In this document: piece after piece, positions 57,823 through 64,000 of the stretch | Numbering within the stretch: position 1 is the stretch's first letter | How the letters are laid out: each line of letters starts with the position of its first letter | Assembly: GCA_965233585.1 (NCBI GenBank) | Contig: CBDDTI010000747.1 | Coordinates: 224,001-288,000, forward strand | Length of the DNA: 64,000 nt | Direction of reading: 5' to 3' | Source: a bacterium | GTDB taxonomy: Bacteria > SAR324 > NAC60-12 | Position numbers and translations under genes: made by a program | The notes under the pieces: generated by a model | The model's database searches: none | Told to the model about the DNA's origin: nothing | Seen by the model: the letters and a program-made list of their open reading frames with translations, nothing else

Positions 57823-58392
57823 TTACGCTCTAATGGCGACACCTTTAGGTTGTGGTTGACTGACAATGTTGACCGTATCAAGCATGCCAAACATCAGCTT
57901 CTCTTCTCCGTGACGCTTCATCATGTCTGCAAAAGAAAGATGCACTGCTTCTGTGGATTCCATCAGTTCTGCAAATTTGTTGTTTTTTAACAAATCCAAG
58001 ACAGCATCACTGGTTTCAGGTTCTGCAAGCATGTCAGGCAACTCTTCGCCAAGTTCTCCAATACTTGAAAGCCCTAGCTTCTCAAATTCAGGAAGTTGCT
58101 CAAGCTGTTGAATGGCACTATGATTCAGCTCACTCAAACGTGTTTCAATGGCTTTGGAAAGTTGATTGGCAGCCGCATCTGGTAGCTCATCATTTTTAAT
58201 CACGTTTTCATAGCTTGAAATGATGAGTGCATACGTGCGTGGCATAATCACCGATGGCACTTTTGCAGGCAGAGTGACAGCTTGTTTGGTTGGGGTTGTT
58301 TGAGATTTGGTTGGCAAATTTTGCCGTTTTGCCGTAAGATTGGAAACCTGCGGTTGTTCAGGTTTGGGTTGTCCATATTGGGGAAGTTTCAT
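57823..58392 (-). CDS. Hypothetical protein
   Basis: 189-aa ORF with GGAG SD, low-complexity N-terminus, upstream sigma54-like site. Confidence 0.7.
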   Translation of the reverse strand: MKLPQYGQPKPEQPQVSNLTAKRQNLPTKSQTTPTKQAVTLPAKVPSVIMPRTYALIISSYENVIKNDELPDAAANQLSKAIETRLSELNHSAIQQLEQLPEFEKLGLSSIGELGEELPDMLAEPETSDAVLDLLKNNKFAELMESTEAVHLSFADMMKRHGEEKLMFGMLDTVNIVSQPQPKGVAIRA

Positions 58393-58429
58393 AATTGACT
58401 CCGATTAAGATTAACCTGAATCTCTTAAA

Positions 58430-58446
58430 TGCAAAGCATTGACCAA
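58430..58446 (-). promoter_or_regulatory. Sigma54-like promoter
   Basis: Minus strand TTGGTCAATGCTTTGCA = GG-N10-GC, about 37 nt before ATG 58392. Confidence 0.5.
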
Positions 58447-58502
58447 AAGCTCAAGTTTTTGCTTCAAATTCCGAAAACTCACTTACAACACAATCAGCAT
58501 TC

Positions 58503-58964
58503 ATGGATTTTTCAAAACTATTTATCTTTCAGCAAAAAACGACACTCACTTCAGGACGATTTTATTGGATTCAAATCAAGCTGTACAGCTATCAGATTAA
58601 TGAAGTAGAGCGATTTAGGAAAAACAGGACACTCCATATTTTAGGCTATCTTGATGACCATGCTACTGTGCATTATTTTCATGGTCTTCAAAATGAGTTT
58701 TCAGCTCATTCTTCTTTGGCTGAATTGGCAACGATTGCAGGATTTTATGATTGGGAGTTTCAAGAATTAGATCATCACTTCGCCTTGCAAATCGCAGGAG
58801 AACGAATGACTAAACCAAACGAAAAACTCTTCCAAAAGTTGATAGTGGAGTTTTTACCCTCTTCACAGTCAGCTACTGGAAAAGAATACTGTCTTGAAGA
58901 GTTGTTGATTGATTATCACAAAATGGTCAATTATGCAGAGCTTCAAGCCCATCATTCTTCTTGA
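58503..58964 (+). CDS. Hypothetical protein
   Basis: 153-aa ORF filling the gap; no recognised motif. Confidence 0.6.
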   Translation: MDFSKLFIFQQKTTLTSGRFYWIQIKLYSYQINEVERFRKNRTLHILGYLDDHATVHYFHGLQNEFSAHSSLAELATIAGFYDWEFQELDHHFALQIAGERMTKPNEKLFQKLIVEFLPSSQSATGKEYCLEELLIDYHKMVNYAELQAHHSS

Positions 58965-59338
58965 GGTTCAAGCACTCTGCCAAAGGTGATGCGATAACGC
59001 ATGCCTTTGTTGGAGACGTTTCTTGCACGGGAACGTTCTATGGCTTGTTGGTCTCGTTCTTTTTGACGTTGCCTGACTTGAGAATAGATTGCTTCTTTTT
59101 TTTCTCGTTCCCTCCGTGCAGGATTGTTCCATTTCGTCTTAGGTTTTACTTCATTGACACGTTGTGAATCGTATTCATATTTACGCATGAAGCAAACATA
59201 GTTTTTTTTGGGAATCAATCCAAATTGCCTGTCGCATGGTTCAGGTTTTGGCAGGTTTGGGTCAGCCGCTTCCTGTGCGAAGGCACGAAAAAATGAAATA
59301 TCAAGAAAAATCAAAACAATGCTAAAATATCTCAACAT
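58952..59338 (-). CDS. Hypothetical exported protein
   Basis: Signal-like N-terminus ending AFA-QE, Cys pair, charged helix. Confidence 0.6.
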   Translation of the reverse strand: MLRYFSIVLIFLDISFFRAFAQEAADPNLPKPEPCDRQFGLIPKKNYVCFMRKYEYDSQRVNEVKPKTKWNNPARREREKKEAIYSQVRQRQKERDQQAIERSRARNVSNKGMRYRITFGRVLEPQEE

Positions 59339-59747
59339 CTTTTTGAAACTGTGGATTTTGGTGATTTTTAATTTAGGCTCGTCTGTTTTGGCTCAACAAG
59401 AGGCTATGCAAGAACCCCGCCCTTTAACCTATGCAGAACTCAAAGCCTTGTCTCTTCAACAAGAAGCTGTCCGTTCAAGAGATGTGAAAAACTTCATTGA
59501 AACCATGCTGCAACAAGACGGAGACGCCATTCAAGCCGCACGTCAAAGACAACTCAAAAAATTTGCTGAAACCATTGAACAAATTGACGCAGAAAAGCAA
59601 AACGCCAAGCAACAAGAAAATCAACAAATTCAAGAACGTTACCTAAATTTTTTTAAAAGAGTCACCCAAAATCTGCCCCAGAAAGGAAAGCATCAAGATT
59701 ATTCATCATACAATCAACAATTCCGCAAACCAATCCAAAGACGTTAA
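59319..59747 (+). CDS. Hypothetical exported coiled-coil protein
   Basis: ATG 59319, signal-like N-terminus ending VLA-QQE, Gln-rich helix; ends 10 nt before mnmA. Confidence 0.6.
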   Translation: MLKYLNIFLKLWILVIFNLGSSVLAQQEAMQEPRPLTYAELKALSLQQEAVRSRDVKNFIETMLQQDGDAIQAARQRQLKKFAETIEQIDAEKQNAKQQENQQIQERYLNFFKRVTQNLPQKGKHQDYSSYNQQFRKPIQRR

Positions 59748-59757
59748 TCCTAACATT

Positions 59758-60816
59758 ATGACACGTGTTGCTGTTGCTATGAGTGGCGGAGTAGATTCTG
59801 CTGTCTGTGCGGCATTGCTCAAAGAACAGGGCTATGACCTCATCGGACTGCATATGAAACTTTACGACATGCCCAACCAGACCAAGCAAGTCAAAAGTTG
59901 CTGTTCTCTTGATGAAGCCCTTGATGCACGAGCCATTTGCGACCAGCTAGAAATCCCGTTCTATGTCCTCAATTTTCAAGAATCCTTTCAAACACAAGTG
60001 ATTGATTATTTCATCAGCGGTTATGAGTCAGGCTTGACCCCAAACCCTTGTGTCATGTGCAATCGTCAAATCAAAAGCCAGTTATTGTTAGAAAGGGTCA
60101 ATGAGCTGGATTGCGATTATCTGGCAACGGGGCATTATGCTAAAATTACCCGCAGTGAAAAGCACCACATTCAACTTTGTCGTCCCAAAGACCGCCAAAA
60201 AGACCAAACCTATTTTCTGCATGGCATCACCTCCAAAGAACTTGCTCAATTCATGTTCCCTCTGGAAAACTTAGAAAAATCACAAGTACGAGACATCGCA
60301 TCAAAATATGGATTTGTTTCTGCACAAAAACCTGAAAGTCAAGAAATTTGCTTCGTGCCAAAAGATTATCGTGATTTTCTGAAAAAAAGACTGCCAAAGA
60401 TTAAAGAAGGCTCTTTTGTAGATACATCAGGACAGGTTTTAGGCACACATCGTGGATTGCCTTTTTACACGATTGGGCAACGCAAAGGGTTGGGGATTAG
60501 CGCCTCTGCTCCTTACTATGTTGTCAAACTTGATGCCAAACGCAATGAAGTTGTGCTTGGAAGACGTGAAGACACGGCATCGCAAAAGCTCAAAGTGGCA
60601 GGCGTCAACTGGCTTTCTATTGATGCCATCACTGAACCCATTCATGCCACTGTCAAACTTCGTTATGCACATCAAGGAGAACAAGCAACGATTACACCAA
60701 TCGGACGACATCGTGTTGCGATTGAGTTAGACAATCCTGTGCATGCCATCTCACCCGGGCAAGCCGCTGTTTTTTATCAAGATGAAATCGTTCTTGGAGG
60801 AGGTTGGATTTGTTGA
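59758..60816 (+). CDS. mnmA: tRNA 2-thiouridylase
   Basis: AMSGGVDS, TPNPCVMCN, ATGHYA, KDQTYFL, ESQEICF, YTIGQRKGLG, PGQAAVFY. Confidence 0.96.
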   Translation: MTRVAVAMSGGVDSAVCAALLKEQGYDLIGLHMKLYDMPNQTKQVKSCCSLDEALDARAICDQLEIPFYVLNFQESFQTQVIDYFISGYESGLTPNPCVMCNRQIKSQLLLERVNELDCDYLATGHYAKITRSEKHHIQLCRPKDRQKDQTYFLHGITSKELAQFMFPLENLEKSQVRDIASKYGFVSAQKPESQEICFVPKDYRDFLKKRLPKIKEGSFVDTSGQVLGTHRGLPFYTIGQRKGLGISASAPYYVVKLDAKRNEVVLGRREDTASQKLKVAGVNWLSIDAITEPIHATVKLRYAHQGEQATITPIGRHRVAIELDNPVHAISPGQAAVFYQDEIVLGGGWIC

Positions 60817-60947
60817 ATTTTGAAAGACAGTTTTTTTAAAATGAAAGTTTGCCTTTGGGCTTTAATCGCTAGAATCACTCATCAACAATGCTCCCTTAGG
60901 GGAGGAGTCAATTCAAGGCTATCAAATATACAATCTAGTCAAGCATT

Positions 60948-61445
60948 ATGAATATCATCATTATTGGTCCTATGGGCTGTGGAAAGACAAAAGTTGGGCG
61001 GGCTCTTGCCAAAAGTTTGGGATATGGATTTGTAGATTTAGACAAATACATTGAATCAACAGAGGGTCAGACCATCTCTGAAATTTTTAAGGAACATGGT
61101 GAAAACCACTTCCGACAATGTGAGACCCAAGCACTCTACGACTGTCAGCAGCTGCAAAACACTGTCATCGCAACAGGGGGAGGAATTGTAACACGAAAAG
61201 AGAACATGAAGCTGATGCAAAAAATTGGAACAACTCTTTATCTCAATGTGAAGTGGGAGATTCTGGCTGAACGAATCTTGAAAAAGGACAACCGTCCTTT
61301 GCTTAATGTGGAAAATCCAGAACAACGTGCCTTAGAAATCTTTCAAAACAGAAAAGAAAAATATGAATCTGCAGACACCACGATAACCATTGAACAGGAG
61401 CAACCTGTTGCTGAAACTGTCTCAATGGTCATAGCGAGTCTTTAG
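60948..61445 (+). CDS. aroK: Shikimate kinase
   Basis: GPMGCGKT, DLD, GE.HFR, ATGGG, RPLL. Confidence 0.93.
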   Translation: MNIIIIGPMGCGKTKVGRALAKSLGYGFVDLDKYIESTEGQTISEIFKEHGENHFRQCETQALYDCQQLQNTVIATGGGIVTRKENMKLMQKIGTTLYLNVKWEILAERILKKDNRPLLNVENPEQRALEIFQNRKEKYESADTTITIEQEQPVAETVSMVIASL

Positions 61446-61484
61446 TTGATATTTGACCCCAATCCGTCAAAGTGAGGGAGGAGT

Positions 61485-62714
61485 TTAAGACATCTTAGCC
61501 TCAAGATTTTTAGCAAGAGTGTCAAGAAAGTCTTGCGTATTGACGTAAGAGTCAGGGGCAACGTTTAAAGTTTCTTGCACAGCAACAGCAAGGTCTTTGG
61601 TCATCACCCCTCCTTCTACTGTCTCAATACAAACTTGCTCCAAGTTTTCAGCAAATTGGATTAAATCATCATTGCCGTCTAGTTTTCCACGATGTTTTAA
61701 CCCAGTTGTCCAAGCAAAAATACTTGCAATGGGGTTCGTGCTAGTTTGACGACCTTGTTGATGCTGACGATAATGCCTTGTCACCGTACCATGAGCGGCT
61801 TCTGCTTCAATCGTTTTGCCATCAGAACAAACCAGCGTGGACGTCATCAATCCCAATGAACCAAATCCTTGGGCAACAATATCTGACTGCACATCACCAT
61901 CGTAATTTTTACACGCCCAAATGAAGCCCCCCTCCCACTTCAACGCTTGAGCCACAAGGTCATCAATCAAACGATGCTCATAAGTGAGTCCAAGTTCTTC
62001 AAACTTTTGACGATAATCTGCCTCAAAAATCTCTGCAAAAAGGTCACGAAAGCGTCCGTCATAGGTTTTTAGAATCGTGTTTTTGGTACTTAAATAAAGT
62101 GGATACTTCAGTTGCAAGGCATAGTTCATACAGGAGTGAGCAAAATTTTTAATAGATTCATCAGTATTAAACATGCTCAACGCCACACCTTCACTTTCAA
62201 ATTGATTCACTTCCCACTCTTGCGACACACTGCCATCTGCAGGCGTAAAAGTCATTTTCAACGTCCCTTTCCCTGAAATTCGGACATCGGTTGCTTTGTA
62301 TTGGTCTGCATGGGCATGACGACCAATCACGATAGGCTTAGACCATGCTTTCACAAGACGAGGAATGTTTTGACAGACTATCGGAGAGCGAAACACCGTG
62401 CCTCCAAGATAGTTGCGAATTGTGCCATTTGGACTTTTCCACATCTTTTTTAAATTGAACTCCTTCACACGGTCTTCATCAGGTGTGATGGTCGCACACT
62501 TAATCCCAACATGATGTTCCCGAATGGCTTGAGCCGCATCAAGTGTCACTTGGTCATCTGTGGCATCACGATTCTGGATGGAAAGGTCGTAATATTTAAT
62601 GTCAATGTCAAGGTAGGGCAGAATGAGGCTTGTTTTGATTTTGTCCCAAATGATTCGGGTCATCTCATCACCATCTAACTCAACAACAGGATTAGAAACT
62701 TGGATTTTACTCAT
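61485..62714 (-). CDS. icd: NADP-dependent isocitrate dehydrogenase (eukaryote-like type II)
   Basis: [50 protein letters not shown]. Confidence 0.96.
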   Translation of the reverse strand: MSKIQVSNPVVELDGDEMTRIIWDKIKTSLILPYLDIDIKYYDLSIQNRDATDDQVTLDAAQAIREHHVGIKCATITPDEDRVKEFNLKKMWKSPNGTIRNYLGGTVFRSPIVCQNIPRLVKAWSKPIVIGRHAHADQYKATDVRISGKGTLKMTFTPADGSVSQEWEVNQFESEGVALSMFNTDESIKNFAHSCMNYALQLKYPLYLSTKNTILKTYDGRFRDLFAEIFEADYRQKFEELGLTYEHRLIDDLVAQALKWEGGFIWACKNYDGDVQSDIVAQGFGSLGLMTSTLVCSDGKTIEAEAAHGTVTRHYRQHQQGRQTSTNPIASIFAWTTGLKHRGKLDGNDDLIQFAENLEQVCIETVEGGVMTKDLAVAVQETLNVAPDSYVNTQDFLDTLAKNLEAKMS

Positions 62715-62749
62715 GGTTTTTCACTTGAAAGAATGTTGAAAAAGACCCA

Positions 62750-62778
62750 AGTCTATCAATAAATTTTGATTTTAGCAA
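62750..62778 (-). promoter_or_regulatory. Probable icd promoter
   Basis: TTGCTA-N17-TAGACT with extended -10 TG, same hexamers as the thiB promoter. Confidence 0.6.
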
Positions 62779-62906
62779 ACCCGCGAAACTTCAAAATTCA
62801 TTCAAAATGGATTCTTTGCATTGACAATCATTGTCAGCCAAAAACATGAACACCATAAAAAATCAACATCTTTCATGTTAGAATACGAGTTTTTAATCTT
62901 GGAGGC

Positions 62907-64000
62907 ATGATGAAAATAGGCACATCAAAACTAGGCGAAAAAATCATCATTATCACTGGAAAAGATGGACAGCCGACAGAGTGTGAAATTGAAGACAGTC
63001 AAAGGTTTGGAATCTTGCAAAGGTTCTTTGTCTATCAACAACACCAACATGACTTGATTGAAAACCAAGACCAAATTGATGCAAGGCTGTCACAAGACAA
63101 TTTTTCAAGGTGTCTTTTTTTAATCAATGCAGATTTTAGTTCTGTTGCTTTTCCAAGCAATTCAAGTTTTAAAAATGCTACGTTCACGAAAAGTGCATCT
63201 TTTATAAGAAAAAGTTTTTCAGGGTCTGATTTTAGTGATGCTACTTTTTTAGGACGTGCGGATTTTAGAGAGGTAAATTTTCAGCATGGGGCGGATTTTA
63301 GAAATGCTGAGTTCACGAAAATTGCATTTTTTATAAAAGCAAATTTTTCAGGAGGTGCAGATTTTAGTGATGCTACTTTTTTAGGACGTGCATGTTTTAG
63401 TGATGCTCTTTTTGAACAAACAATTCACTTTAGTCGCGTTACTTTTGAAAAAGAAGTTCGGTTTTGTCAAAAAAAAGAAAAAGAAACTTCAGAAAATTCA
63501 TTTGATTATCCAGCAAAATTTAAGGGCAATGTTTGGTTTGATAAATCGCAATTTAAAGGAGATGCCCATTTCAATATGGTTTCTTTTGGAGCAGATGCAG
63601 GATTTAGAGATTGTCAATGGCATAAAAAAATAGATTTTCAAATGGCGAATGTCAAAGATAAATTTATTTTTGCTAATGTTAAAAACAAAGGCGAAATGAA
63701 ACTTGATTTAAAGAGCTTTAACTTTTCCTACATAGACTATACAGATTCCGAAATCAATATTAACCAATCTGAAAATAGAGAAACATTTCAAATTTTGAAA
63801 CACTCTGCAATCCAACAAAATGACCAAGTCAAGGCTTTAGAGTTTCATGTCAAAGAGATGGAGAAGCACAGGAACAGTGTGGGAAGGAAAAAGTTTGATT
63901 GGTGGCTTTTATTTTTTGAGAAGTTTGCTAGTTATTATGGAACAAAGCCTTGGCTCCCTTTATTTTGGATTTTTGTTTTGCAAGGTTTCATGGTATTTCT
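62907..64000 (+). CDS. Pentapeptide-repeat protein with C-terminal TM region, partial (runs off window end, so absent from ORF track)
   Basis: GGAGG SD + ATG 62907; open to the end; ADFS.ATF...ADFR..F repeats, RETFQILK, EFH.KEME, SYYGTKPWLPL. Confidence 0.85.
   Translation, partial: MMKIGTSKLGEKIIIITGKDGQPTECEIEDSQRFGILQRFFVYQQHQHDLIENQDQIDARLSQDNFSRCLFLINADFSSVAFPSNSSFKNATFTKSASFIRKSFSGSDFSDATFLGRADFREVNFQHGADFRNAEFTKIAFFIKANFSGGADFSDATFLGRACFSDALFEQTIHFSRVTFEKEVRFCQKKEKETSENSFDYPAKFKGNVWFDKSQFKGDAHFNMVSFGADAGFRDCQWHKKIDFQMANVKDKFIFANVKNKGEMKLDLKSFNFSYIDYTDSEININQSENRETFQILKHSAIQQNDQVKALEFHVKEMEKHRNSVGRKKFDWWLLFFEKFASYYGTKPWLPLFWIFVLQGFMVF

Noticed and set aside
63388..63633. 81-aa ORF in the track
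   Set aside because: Out-of-frame shadow within the longer pentapeptide-repeat gene starting at 62907

Overview
AT-rich bacterial chromosomal segment, read by eye with no searches run; the gene set (alternative complex III, sigma54-type flagellar promoter, Bat-type locus) is loosely deltaproteobacterial/SAR324-like, which is only an impression. Most of it is housekeeping in strongly fragmented operons: liv-type ABC end + amidohydrolases, kdsD-fliN-lysA, rpmG-rpmB-rpsD, comM/yifB, two tRNA-Ser, mltA, malY/patB, actABCDEF, fliF-fliH-fliI (no fliG), a lone rplC, TPP riboswitch-thiB, recD, oppABC, batA/DUF58, trpD, mnmA, aroK, icd. Accessory parts: (i) a decayed modular coiled-coil (DUF1640-like) gene inside a dense array of REP/dRS3-like palindromes (2.4-4.1 kb); (ii) an all-minus-strand defence/TA island (35.8-41.3 kb: GmrSD-like, AIPR-like, HicAB, several pseudogenes) with attC-like junction remnants and a structured leader RNA; (iii) a type II R-M pair (54.3-56.3 kb). 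The most unusual element is 23151-23981. It looks like a catalytically dead IS200/IS605 TnpA-fold domain joined in frame, across one UGA followed by a SECIS-like hairpin, to a second domain, downstream of a sigma54-type promoter and just upstream of the act operon.
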